A DNA stretch of 64,000 nt, taken from Felis catus. Lineage: Eukaryota. The stretch spans positions 12,648,001-12,712,000 of the forward strand of contig NC_058383.1 of the NCBI RefSeq assembly GCF_018350175.1. The letters are read 5' to 3'. Under the pieces are notes generated by a model that saw nothing but the letters and a program-made list of their open reading frames with translations, searched no databases and was not told the origin of the DNA. The position numbers and the translations under genes are program-made. Below are positions 12,088 to 23,839 of the stretch, in pieces (the first letter of the stretch is position 1; each line of letters starts with the position of its first letter).

Positions 12088-12619
12088 CTGGGAATGCAAG
12101 CTGGTGCAGCCACTCTGAAAAGCAGTATGGAGTTTCCTCAAAAAACTAAAAATAGAACTACCCTACAACCCAGCAATTGCACTATTAGGTATTTATTCAG
12201 GGGATACAGGTGTGCTGTTTCGAAGGGACACATGCACCCTCACGTTTATAGCAGCGCTATCAACAATAGCCAAANNNNNNNNNNNNNNNNNNNNNNNNNN
12301 NNNNNNNNNNNNNNNNNNNNNNNNNNNNNNNNNNNNNNNNNNNNNNNNNNNNNNNNNNNNNNNNNNNNNNNNNNNNNNNNNNNNNNNNNNNNNNNNNNNN
12401 NNNNNNNNNNNNNNNNNNNNNNNNNNNNNTCAGAGAAAGACAAAAATCATATGACTTCATTCATATGAGGACATTAAGAGACAAAACAGATGAACATAAG
12501 GGAAGGGAAACAAAAATAATCTAAAAACAGGGACGGGGACAAAACAGAAGAGACTCATAAATATGGAGAACAAACAGAGGGTTACTGGAGGGGGTGTGGT
12601 AGGGGGGACGGGCTAAATT
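12088..12619 (+). mobile_element. Carnivore/feline L1 3' fragment (ORF2 C-terminus and 3'UTR), tail missing
   Basis: 'gggaatgcaagctggtgcagccactctg...aaaatagaactaccctacaacccagcaattgcac...tcagagaaagacaaaaatcatatgacttca'; spans an N gap. Confidence 0.85.
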
Positions 12620-12660
12620 AAGAGTCAGATGCTCAACCAACGGAGCTACCCAGGCGTCCC
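12620..12660 (-). mobile_element. SINEC 5' head only (41 bp)
   Basis: 'aagagtcagatgctcaaccaacggagctacccaggcgtccc' is the reverse SINEC head. Confidence 0.8.
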
Positions 12661-13049
12661 AGAGCAGCTTCATTTTTAATAGCCAACAACTGGAAATGAT
12701 CCAAACCTCCGGAGAAACCGGATAAAAAAATGATGGTATGCCCATACAATGGAATAATACTCAAGAATAAAAAGGAATGAACTATTGACACCACATGGAT
12801 GAACCTTAAAATAATTATGCTGTGGGAAAGAGATCAGGCAAAAGAAGAGTACATATTGTATGATTCCATTTATGTAAAATTCTAGAAAAAAAATCTATAA
12901 TGACAGAAAGCAGATCAGCGGCTACTTAGGGACAAGTGACAGGGAAGGAGAAGAGAAGCAAAAGGGAGAAATCACAAAGAAGGATGAGGATATTTTGGGG
13001 CACACAGGATGTGTTGACTGCCTTGATTTGGGGGATGGTTTCACAGATT

Positions 13050-13340
13050 GTATCTATCTATATACATAAATATACATATATAAAAAATAGATTATATATA
13101 TTATAGATCATACATAAAATAATATTACATTTTAGGTATTATATTTTCTAAGTTATATGATATATATTTATATATTATATTATATATAGATTATAATACA
13201 TTATAATATTATAATATAGTTATAATCTAGATCATATATAATTCATATATAATATATACAGATTATATATTATATAAAATTTTATATATGATAATATGTA
13301 TGTAGATTTTATATACTTCTCTATGTAAATGTATTTATAG
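13050..13340. repeat. (TA)-rich low-complexity tract
   Basis: degenerate tatata/ttataat repeats, almost entirely A/T. Confidence 0.9.
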
Positions 13341-13371
13341 AAGCACACACATGCCAGAAGTTATCAAATTG

Positions 13372-14520
13372 CCGCAGGCAACAAAAGTAAAAGTAAATAA
13401 ATGAGACCTCATCAAAAGTAAAAAATATCTGTGCATTAAAAGACCCAGTCCAATCAACAGAGTGAACATGCAACCTACAGAATTAGAGAAATATCCATAC
13501 ATCTGATACAGGATTAGTATCCAGAATATATAAAGAACTTCTACAATGCNNNNNNNNNNNNNNNNNNNNNNNNNNNNNNNNNNNNNNNNNNNNNNNNNNN
13601 NNNNNNNNNNNNNNNNNNNNNNNNNNNNNNNNNNNNNNNNNNNNNNNNNNNNNNNNNNNNNNNNNNNNNNNNNNNNNNNNNNNNNNNNNNNNNNNNNNNN
13701 NNNNNNNNNNNNNNNNNNNNNNNNNNNNNNNNNNNNNNNNNNNNNNNNNNNNNNNNNNNNNNNNNNNNNNNNNNNNNNNNNNNNNNNNNNNNNNNNNNNN
13801 NNNNNNNNNNNNNNNNNNNNNNNNNNNNNNNNNNNNNNNNNNNNNACAATGTAGAAAATAGCAAGTGTGTTTAAGGATGTGGAGAAGTGAGAACACGTGT
13901 GCACTGTTGGTGGGAATGTAAGATGTTGGAGCTGCTATGGAAAACAGTGCAGTGATTCCAAAAAAAATTAAAAATGAAATTACCATCTGATCCAGCAATT
14001 CCACATCGGGGTTTATACCCAAAAGAATTGAAAGCAGGGTCTCTAAGAGATATTTGTACACGCATGTTCATAGCAGCATTATTGCTAACACTTAAATCAT
14101 GGGAGCAACGCAAGTATCCACTGACACATGAATGGCTAAATAAAATATAATATATCCAAATAATGGAATATTATTCATCTAAAAGCTGGAAACTGTGACA
14201 CATGCTACAACATGAATGAACCTTAAGGACATTATGCAAAGTGAAACAAGACAATCACAAAAAGACAATGTATGATTCCACCTGTAGGAGATACCTAGAG
14301 TGGTCAAGTTCATCATCAAAAAGCAGAATGGTGGATGCGGGCAGGTAAGGGGAGGGGCAAATGGAGAGTCCTTATTTAATGGGTATAGAGTTCTAGTTTG
14401 GCAGGATGATATTGGTTGTACAACATGAATGGTCTCAACACTAATGAATTCTACATGTAAAAGTGGTTAAGATAGAAACTTCTATTATGAGTATTTTACC
14501 ATAGTTCAAACATTTTTTAA
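13372..14520 (+). mobile_element. L1 (L1MA/MB-like) 3' fragment inserted into the older L1
   Basis: 'taccatctgatccagcaattccac...aaagcagggtctc...gaaccttaaggacattatgc'; TSD ttatcaaattg at 13361-13371 and 14521-14531. Confidence 0.85.
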
Positions 14521-14628
14521 TTATCAAATTGTGCGTTTCAAACATGTGGAGTTTACTGTATGTCACTTTTATCTCAATCATGCTGTTTTCAATTCATTTT
14601 ATTTTATTTTTTAAAATTAAATAGGACC

Positions 14629-14791
14629 GGGGCGCCTGGGTGGCTCAATTGGTTAAGCAACCGACTTCGGCTTAGGTCAGGATCTCGCGGTTTGTGAGTT
14701 CAAACCCTGCATCGGGCTCTGTGCTGACAGCTCAGAGCCTGGAGCCTGCTTCGGATTGTCTCCCTCTCTCTCTGTCCCTCCTCCACTCATG

Positions 14792-14828
<37 letters not shown>

Positions 14829-14860
14829 GAAAAAATAAACATTAAAAAAAATTTTTTTTA
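14629..14860 (+). mobile_element. Can-SINE (SINEC)
   Basis: full SINEC; TSD aattaaatagga on both sides. Confidence 0.94.
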
Positions 14861-14869
14861 ATTAAATAG

Positions 14870-15460
14870 GATCATATCCTTTCTCTGCTCCAAACTTTCC
14901 GTGGGCTTCCCATCCCATTCAGAAGAAAAAGTCAAAGGTGTCAGAATGAGGCCCTAAGATGATCTGGCCCTGAAACCAACATACCCACCCCCACCCTCTC
15001 CCCACCCCAGCTACCCTGCTTTCTTCCTGTTTCTCAAACTCACCGGGTACACCTTCAGGACATTTCCAGGTCCTGCCTGCTTTGCCTGGGAAGCTTTTCC
15101 AGGCTGAGGCTCTCTGTCCTCAGCTCTTTCAAGTCTTTATTCAAATGTCCCTCCCCCTCCCAGTGGGACCTCCCCTGACCTGGTGTTTACAACTGGAATG
15201 CCTCCCCATGCCATAGGTCCCAGCCCCCTTTTCTGAGTTATTTTTCTATTTAACACTATTTCTACGATCACTGTTTAATGTACCACATTTTACTTATGTA
15301 TTCTATCTGTGTTTCTACCCACCAGCATTAAGCTCAGAGAGACAGGGACCTTTTGTGGTTTTGTTCATTGATTACATCCCCCCGCAACTGTCCGGTGCCT
15401 GGCACATAGTAGGTGCTTGATAAATTTGTTGAATAAATGAATGAATGAGTGAATGAGTAA
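14870..15460 (+). mobile_element. L2 3' portion (continuation of 11140-11560)
   Basis: ends in the canonical 'gtgcctggcacatagtaggtgcttgataaatttgttgaataaatgaatgaatga'. Confidence 0.85.
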
Positions 15461-15584
15461 AGGAAGGAAGGAGGAACATTATATGACCTTGACAACCAGG
15501 CCTAAGGATCCTTTACGAGGGCACCCAACCCACTCTATATAGCGGGACATCTGTCAAGCTTTATGATTTAAAAAGCACATTGTT

Positions 15585-15818
15585 GGTGCCCCTGGGTGGC
15601 TCAATCAGGTAAGCATCCGACTTGGCTCAGGTCATGATCTCGCAGTTTGTGAGTTGGAGCCCTGCACTGGGCTCTGTGTGAACAGCTTGGAGCCTGGATC
15701 CTGGTTCGAATTCTTTCTCTCCCTCTCTCTCTCTCTCTCTGCCCCTCCCCCCCAAAACTAAATAAACATTAAATAAATAAATAAATAAGTAAGTAAGTAA
15801 ATAAATAAATAAATAAAA
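15585..15818 (+). mobile_element. Can-SINE (SINEC) with (TAAA)n tail
   Basis: SINEC head and body, taaa/taag tail. Confidence 0.92.
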
Positions 15819-16809
15819 GCGCTTTGCACAGACTTGACCCTTTCTGACCCTCACGACGGTGCTCTGGTATGATGTCCTTATCCTTGTCTTTCTTACATAG
15901 AGGTGGAAGCTCAAAAAGGCTAACTCGTTGAAGATCAAGGGGCCACAAATGGGAGAGCCAACGTTTAAACCAAGAATTTGCCACCAGCCGCCGAGCCCCA
16001 TGCTGCCGCCCTAAGCACGTCCATTTTTTTCAACTTTCATAGTCTTTCATTTCACTCATAATGGCATTGCTGACAGATTTTAACAGTTCAGTAGTTAACC
16101 CTTGTCCCATAAATTTCTATTTGTCACACCCCAAACTCGATACTTGAGAAGGCTACCCTTCTGGTTTTTAAATGGAAATTGATGAGATCGTGTGCAGGAG
16201 CTGCAAACCCTCTCCTGAATCTCTCCGTCTACCTTGAGGCAAAAATAGAAAAGTCAGAAGCACCCAGAGCTGCGGGTCTTTGCCACTCCAGCACGGAATC
16301 GAGCGATCGTATGCCGGCATCGCCAGGCCCTGGCACCCCCACACTTCGAAGGTCAGAGGCTTGGTTGGACAGCCACAGCGTACAAAGAAAGGAGTCCAGC
16401 TGGAGACACCCATTTGTGGAGAGCACTCTCCCCTCGCGGCTCGAGGTGGCCTGATGTCTCCGAGCGTCCAGAAAAGAACACAAACAAACAGATTTTTATG
16501 AGGTCTGTAACCCAATTGACAGAGGCGAGCTCTCTCAGCCTGGAAATGTCCCTGCTCTGAACCAGTTGCCTTGCCAACAAGCCACATGTTTCCACTCTGC
16601 AGAATCCAATTTCTGAGCAACGTGACAGTGACAGGCCCAGAGACATGATACACAATTCCAAGGTGCCTTTGAACACCTGCTGAATAGGGAAGAACAGTGT
16701 AGGTCCCTGGAAGTACTTAGCAATATGGGACGGATACAGGTCATGCCCGGTTTGTGCAACAGCCCCACCTACCCCACTCCACCCGGCTCCGACAGCTTGC
16801 AAATAACAG

Positions 16810-17060
16810 ATAAACCAAGGCCAACCCAAGTGCTTTATTGCCATCATTATACGCATCGCAGACACCTGCATGGGATTCGCTCTTTAAATATATTAAGCGA
16901 TTTAATCCGCATGACAACCCTATGAGGGAGGTATTATTATTAGCTAATGAGGGAATGGAGATAGACATAAAAGGGTAAGTAATTTACCCTCATTCAGAGC
17001 CAGGATTCGAACCTAGTCAGTCCTCCTCCAGAGCCCACCCCCTTAAATACTCTGTTATAC
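16810..17060 (-). mobile_element. MIR
   Basis: 'atttaatccgcatgacaaccctatgagggag...taagtaatttaccc...agagccaggattcgaacc'. Confidence 0.8.
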
Positions 17061-17099
17061 TGTCATTCTCTACTATTCCTTAACTGGTGAAGCTGAGAG

Positions 17100-17850
17100 T
17101 TGTCCTAGTTATCATTGCTGCGTAACAAAGCACCCCAATAGTTTATAAGGTGAAACACCCATATTATGACGCTCATGGATAGTGTGGGCCAGGAATTTGG
17201 ACAGGGCACAGTGGGGACAGCTTGTCTCTGTCCACAAGGCCTATCTGGGGCATCAGCTAAAACAATTCAAAGCAGAGAGTAACTCAACAGCTGGGGATCA
17301 TACCATCCGAAGGCATCTTCACACACATGTCTGGCAGTTGATGCTAGAGTCCCACTGTCACCCCAGATGAGTGTCTCTCCTGGAACACCTATGTGGAGCC
17401 CCTCTGTGTGATCTGAGCTTCCTCTCTGCATGGTAGATGGGTTCCAAAACAACTGTCCCCAAAGGTACAAAGTAGGTCTGTCAATTTCTTTTTTTTTAAA
17501 TTTTTTTAACATTTATTTATTTTTGAGACAGAGAGAGACAGAGCATCAACGGGGGAGGGTCAGAGAGAGAGGGAGACACAGAATCCGAAGCAGGCTCCAG
17601 GCTCTGAGCTGTCAGCACAGAGCCTGACGCAGGACTCGAACTCACGGATCGTGAGATCATGACCTGAGCCGAAGTCGGACGCTTCACCGACTGAGCCACC
17701 CAGGTGCCCCTAGGTCTGTCAATTTCTTAAGACCAAGACCCAGAAAGTGGCACACTATCACTTCCACCGTATTCTATTGGTCAGGAAGTCACAGAGTCCG
17801 GATTCAGTGGGAGGGCACACAGACCCTACATCTCAAAGAAGTCTGGGGTC
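17100..17850 (-). mobile_element. MaLR solo LTR (MLT1-type) split by a SINEC
   Basis: 'tagttatcattgctgcgtaacaaagcacccca...tgggccaggaatttggacagggcacagtgggg...cacttccaccgtattctattggtca'. Confidence 0.8.
17491..17710 (-). mobile_element. Can-SINE (SINEC, feline type)
   Basis: low-divergence reverse SINEC; perfect 18-bp TSD taggtctgtcaatttctt at 17473-17490 and 17711-17728. Confidence 0.96.
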
Positions 17851-18014
17851 ATCATTTAAATGGACCGATGGGACCATTTGGTCCGACCTCTTCAAGCTGT
17901 AGCTGGACAATCGAGCTCAGAGATGTTTAGTCATTTGTCCAAGATCACATAACTTGGAAGTGGTAGTGATAGGCCAGCACCCAAGTGTTTTCATGCCCTG
18001 TCACTCTACACCTC

Positions 18015-18220
18015 TGCTTCTCACTTGACTGTACATTAGACTCACCTGGGGAATTTTTTAAAAATGCTGATGCCCCGGTTCTACCTGCAGAGATTCTGAT
18101 TTGTTGGGAGTGCAGCCTGGCCATGGGGGCTTTTAGAGCTCTCTAGGGACTTGCAGCCCAGGCATGGGCTTTTTTAGAGTTCTCAGGGGAATTTCATCTG
18201 CAACAGTGTGAGAACCACGC
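18015..18220. mobile_element. MER5-type MITE with a ~41-bp internal duplication
   Basis: 'cattagactcacctgggga...aaaatgctgatgccc...cagagattctgattt...tgagaaccac'. Confidence 0.7.
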
Positions 18221-18540
18221 TCTGTGCAATCCCCCAAGACGGCTCCATGAGGATAACACCCAAGACTGTTTCACCATGGCTCGCCATTTACAGAATCTTA
18301 GCCTGCTGTGGGGACATTTCCACAAAGAACAGATTTATGACACCTTCACCTGGTTCACAAACTTCATCCTGAACCATCTGTCCTCCTCCTTCTTGCTAGC
18401 TATCTTTATTTCCTCAGCTCCTGCCTCTCCTCCCCCTCAAGTACCCCTCAGGAGCAACACTTTTCTTTGAACACTCAACTCCCCACCTGAGTCAAGTCCA
18501 CTCTTGGCCATTATTTGCAAAGGCCACGAATTTGGTTCTG

Positions 18541-18627
18541 CCACAGAGCCTGCCTGGGATTGTCTCTGCCCCTCCCCCCACCTCTCGCATAATAAATAAA
18601 TAAACTTAAAAAAGTAAAAATAAACAG
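18541..18627 (+). mobile_element. 5'-truncated SINEC
   Basis: 'cagagcctgcctgggattgtctctgcccctccc...aataaataaacttaaaaaa'; TSD ttggttctg. Confidence 0.8.
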
Positions 18628-19250
18628 TTGGTTCTGTGAATCCATTAGGCAATTTTGTGGGGAACAAAATCCATCCACCTGATCATTTCATGGAAATAAC
18701 TGGTCAGTTGTATCACATGTCATACGTGGTAGAAAACTGCCCAAACGCATTGGTCTAAACAAATACTTTCAGTGTTTCTCCTTAGATTTAGATCCTCATG
18801 AAGGCCGAATAAAAAATGTATAAGAGAAGGAGGCTTTCTGGTGTTGCTACTCTACTGGATTTACTGATTTATATTAGGTCAGAAGATCTTCATAGTTTTA
18901 TCATATGCACCTACCTTCTGAGAATACTTTTATAAAATATATTTATTCTTCACTTTACACAGAGGAGTCTTTCCAAACTTCCCAATGTTTTTGTAAATTG
19001 GACTCTATTGTAAACGTTCTGAAGAACAGGTATTTAAAGGAACTCTTNNNNNNNNNNNNNNNNNNNNNNNNNNNNNNNNNNNNNNNNNNNNNNNNNNNNN
19101 NNNNNNNNNNNNNNNNNNNNNNNNNNNNNNNNNNNNNNNNNNNNNNNNNNNNNNNNNNNNNNNNNNNNNNNNNNNNNNCTACGATAAGATTAAAAAGGAA
19201 GGAAGGGGGAGGGGGAGAGAGAGAGAGGTAAGAGAAGAACTGGTCAGTCT

Positions 19251-19449
19251 TTTTGTTTTAAGTTTATTTATTTATTTTGAGAGAGAGCGAGCCTGTGGCG
19301 TGAGTGAAGGAGGGGCAGAAGGAGAGAGACAGAACTCTAAGCAGACAGCATGGAGCCCGATGTGGGGCTTGAACTTACAAACCACGGGATTATGACCTGA
19401 GCCAAAATCGAGAGTCAGACACCTAACCAACTGAGCCACCCAGGTGCCC
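19251..19449 (-). mobile_element. Can-SINE (SINEC)
   Basis: reverse SINEC; TSD actggtcagtctt. Confidence 0.92.
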
Positions 19450-19853
19450 TGGACTGGTCAGTCTTCAGGGATTCTACGGTAGAGTAAAAAATCTTTAGGT
19501 AAGGTAAGATGAATAACACACTCCTTTCAAAAGTAAATCTGTATTATTTCTATGTATGTGTGTATTTCTATATGTGTAGTACGAGTGTGTGTTTTCAAGT
19601 TGTATACATGTACGTGTAAATATACATGAAACACATGTGTGATATATGTGATACATGTGAAACATACATATCATACATGTTTTATAAATTCTAAGTTCCC
19701 TAGTCTGGCATTCTAAAACTCTAAAGCGATTATTCTTACAAAGCATTTGTCTCCTTCAGTCTTGACTTCTCTCTGTCTCTGGGTCTTACTGCTGGGCAAG
19801 TGAGAGGTTCACATCCACCTTGGTTTGTAAAAATCCCACCTGCTTTATAGGTA

Positions 19854-20699
19854 CAGTAAAACCTTGGATTGCAAGTAACTTGTTCTGCGAGTGTTCCACA
19901 AGATTTCTAACGAATTTTAATTTGATAAACAAGTGATGTCTTGCAATACAAGTAGTACGTGATGCCAAACGTCACATTATCACAACTGAGACAATGGTTC
20001 GTCTCTCTCTCTCTCTCTCTCTGTCTCTTTCTCCCTTGCTGCGGATTTGTGGGTGATTATCTCCCATGCTCAGATGCTCGGCCTCAGGCCACAGTGTTTG
20101 ACATAAATCAGTGATGTTTCAGAACGTTGGAAGGTGCCCACAACTAGGACTAGCATATTTTTTTGTGACTTCAAAGCACCTGTGGACAGTCCTTTGCTTT
20201 TCGAGACAAGAGGAAGCTTAGGAATGCTTTGTGCTTCATTCAGATAGAGACCCTTTCCTCTGCTGCCTGATTGCCAATTACATTAAACACAGTATATGAC
20301 AAGAGTTGATTAATACTGTACGGTAATCAACATCCGTGCGAGCATATATGATGGCCCCCATGCAGAAAAAGATTCCATTGAGCCAATAGATAGTGATTCT
20401 GTTAGTGATAGTGACAGACATAACAATTCTCCCTCTTGTCTCCCTCGCACCAGCCACGAAGGTTTTCAAAGATAAGTGCAGGTTCATTCGTTTATTTTTC
20501 TTGATATTTTGTATTTTCTTTATTATTTTGTACTGTATTACAGTATTGTAATCATTTTTATGTGAATATTTTTGGGTTATGGGATGGATCGTCTGAGTTT
20601 CCATTATTTCTTATGGGAAAATTCACTTTAATATACAAGTGCTTTGGATCACAAGCACGTTTCTGGAACGAATTATGCTCGCAAAACAAGGTTTTACTG
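19854..20699. mobile_element. Non-autonomous Tc1/mariner (pogo/Tigger-type) DNA transposon
   Basis: TA on both flanks (19852-53, 20700-01); TIRs cagtaaaaccttggattgcaag versus reverse-complement cagtaaaaccttgttttgcgag (19/22). Confidence 0.9.
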
Positions 20700-21477
20700 T
20701 ACACGTGTATACTTCACGACGTAGTCTGGCTTCGGGCAGACGCAGCGACTTTCTACACAGCCTGAGATCACTTCTTCCACCCGTCCTTCCTCTGCCTGGG
20801 TGATCCTATGAACTCCCAGTCCCGCTCCAGTCCATGGCTCAGAGTTCATCAGTTCTTCCTTAGTGCCCCGTTCACTGAGGTAAATTCCACGAGGCACTGC
20901 TTTGTTTATGAGGCACTCATCCGTGTGGATTCCCCGGGCCTGGAGAGACAAGACAGGGAAGGCACCACAAGCCCGAACACCAACAGGCGAGCGCAGCCCG
21001 GAAGCAGGAGCACGCACGATGTCAGAAACAAGAGGAAGGCAGCATTCTGGAAAGCCACTGAGGACACCCTGAAGACCCGAGATGGTGTCTCACTCTTGCG
21101 ATTTTATTTTTATTTGCTTCTTCCTCTCTGCTGCACATAGCTAGCTGGGTGGGCACTTAAAGCCCCGTTGTCAAAACTCAACAGCCGGTGACATGATGCC
21201 CTAACTCCTAATCCAGATTCTCTTGACAGAATTCTTTTCATTAAGAGTATGAACTAAAAGACCCAAAGGCAAGGCTTCCTCCTTCATCCCACCATATTTT
21301 CCCCAGAATACTTTAGTCAAAGAGAATCCAGGCCTCTTTAGCTCCTTTGTAGGACCATCTGAGGAAGAAATGCAAAGAACCATTTCCCAAAGGGGAGAGC
21401 TGCGTTATATGAACCTGCTATAGCCTCCTGGCCTTCTTTCAAATACTTCCTTTCCACCAGAAATATCATCACTAATG

Positions 21478-21478
<1 letters not shown>

Positions 21479-21519
<41 letters not shown>
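21479..21519. repeat. (CA)n microsatellite
   Basis: pure CA run. Confidence 0.97.
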
Positions 21520-21521
<2 letters not shown>

Positions 21522-21910
21522 TTTTAAGTATTAAAAGAATAAAGGAGTTTTTTTTTTTTAATCGGTCAACATAAATGTCCATAGAATACTTTCTAGAAAA
21601 ATCTCTGGGCAGAAAATGACATAACTGTAAATGTTGCCTTTGTAAGCTGCGGGACAGTCATTTTTATATGTAAGTAAATATGTAACAGAGAATAGTCCAC
21701 GAAGGATAGAAATCAGATACTGGCCTGGTTGAAAGCCAATGCTTAAGTTAATAAAAAAAAAATTATCAGAAATACCAACTGGAGTGGTTTTCTTTAAAGT
21801 GAAATGAGCACAAAATGGAAATGGTGTAGAAAGTCTCAGTCCTTTCTTTCTAGCTCTTTATTTACTACTCGCCCAAGAAGATGCCTTGAATTAATGCATC
21901 CTATCAGCCA

Positions 21911-22408
21911 GTGGTAGATTATATTTTCTCAAAATTTCCATAATAATGAGACCCATCGCACATGTACTTCTTGGCACTCCTACTGGGGTGGGGGGGCGGG
22001 GTCTGTGGCCCCTCCCCCTGAATCTGGGAGCATCCGCGACTACAGAGGAAGCGATGCTTTGTGGCTTCCAAGGCTAGGTCAATAAAACACCTGGCTCTAT
22101 TGGGATGTTTGCTCTTGAAACTGAGCCACCATCCCGTGGGGAAGCCCAGGCCACAAGGAGAGCCACGTGTGGGTGTCCCCAGCCAACAGCAACAACCACT
22201 CACACGGACACGCGGCGAGGAAGCCTTTGCGATAACTCCAGCCCCAGCCATCATCCGACCACAAACTCATGACAGACCCTGAGCACGAATCCCTACCTGA
22301 GCCCAGCTAACCTCCAGGAGCACAAGAAATACTAATAAAGTAATTGTTGTCATGTTAGGTCCCTACATTTTGCAATAGTTTATTATGTCGCAGTAGATAA
22401 CCGGAACA
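21911..22408 (+). mobile_element. MaLR solo LTR (MLT1-type)
   Basis: 'gtggtagattatatttt...ttccaaggctaggtca...ggaagcccaggccaca...gcagtagataaccggaaca'. Confidence 0.8.
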
Positions 22409-22604
22409 TATCAATTGTAAAATATCAGCCATACGTGATGGAATAGCCTGCACTCGCTAATAGAAGGTATTAGAAGAAAAATTAATTTCATCGAGGTGGG
22501 CTGTCCACGCAGTGATGAGCCTCTTTAAACTTTAGTGCTTTACAGTATTCAGGGGAGCCCCACATGCATCTTCTGTTTTGATCTTGAAGAACTCTAACAA
22601 GCTT

Positions 22605-22835
22605 AATAAGTGAGAGTTTAGACTCTAGAGCCCGACATACCTCGATTAGAATCCCAGGTTGGCCACATTCTGGCTGTGTGACCTCGGGCACGTCACTCCA
22701 AGCCTCTGTTTCCACATGTGCAAAATGGGGACAATAATAGCATCTGTCTCAAATGGTTCCTACCAGTGCCAAATGGGCCGATGCACACAGCATGGTACCG
22801 AGCACAGAATAAATGTCCAACGAGTGCGAGGTCCT
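22605..22835 (+). mobile_element. MIR
   Basis: 'gactctagagcc...gaatcccagg...gctgtgtgacctcgggca...gcctctgtttccacatgtgcaaaatggggacaataata'. Confidence 0.85.
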
Positions 22836-23109
22836 TGTAGGGTGGTACTTGATGATAATGTTAGCACGTTTCTCAAAACCAGCGTGTAATACATTTCACA
22901 TCCTATATCTTCTTATAGCCCATAAGGGGCAGGACCTATAATTATTCACAATTAAAACCAGTTCAGACAGGGCATTTGATTTGCCCCGGATCACACAGCC
23001 TTGGGGGGCAGAAGGGAAGTCCGACAGGTATTTAAACCCTAGCCCGGCTTCCTCACCTCTCCCCTTAGCATGGCAACTTCTCCCCAGCGGCTTTCCAGCC
23101 TATGATGAA

Positions 23110-23400
23110 GCACTTCCAACTCTGGGGAACTCACCACCCACCGAGGCAGCCCTAACGATCCATTTTCCATGGGCTCTGTCTGTCGCATGCTTCTCCTTCT
23201 ATTGAGCTGGAATCTGTCTCCAGGTAAGGGCCCTCCGTTGGTCTAGCTCTGCCCCGCAGGGCCCGCAGAAATAAATGTGCTCTCTCTCACATAACAGCCC
23301 TTGAATTGTTAAAGACCCAATCATGGAACCCCCACCAAGTCCTCTTTCTTCCAGACCCGACCTCCCCAGATTCCTTAGCAATTCCACCTCCAGCACTTGA
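23110..23400 (-). mobile_element. L3/CR1 fragment
   Basis: 'gggaactcaccacccaccgaggcagcc...ttgagctggaatctgtctc...ctttcttccagacc...cccagattcctt' resembles L3 motifs. Confidence 0.55.
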
Positions 23401-23839
23401 TCGCAAATACCCCTTCCCACCGGGGCTCCTTTCTCTGCCTCAGGCTTGACAAGAGGCATAGACTATTGATGACCGGAGAAGCTTTCTTCCTGCCCCTGGA
23501 GGCTTGTAATACATTTAGGCTTTCTCAGGATGACACATACTCCAGGAGTGCTAAGAATCACTGTCAATCTCTCTGGCCTCGTGAAGGACTCTGGCATTTC
23601 ACCACGTAATCATTCTTTTTCCTCCCAAGGGGCTGCCTGCTTGAGGAAACTGTCATATTCTCTGGCCAAGGGGAGCCACAGCGTTCTGAGGCAGATAAGT
23701 GTGCCCCTGCCATGGGGTTCCTTCCAAACACCCTCCTGATGCTTGTGGTAAAGGAGCTAAAACAACGTGCAGCCATAGATCCTGGCTTCATCCCAGCTCT
23801 CCCAGACGGTACCAGCCTTAGAGAAGAGGGAAGTATTTT

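Larger units (their letters stand above)
11565..14590 (+). mobile_element. Old L1 (L1MB/MC-like) 3' region hosting nested inserts
   Basis: 'gagaatatttgcaaagcatgtatctgac...ccagaatatgtaaagaactc', 'aaaaggaatgaactattga', terminal 'tgtatgtcacttttatctcaat'. Confidence 0.75.
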
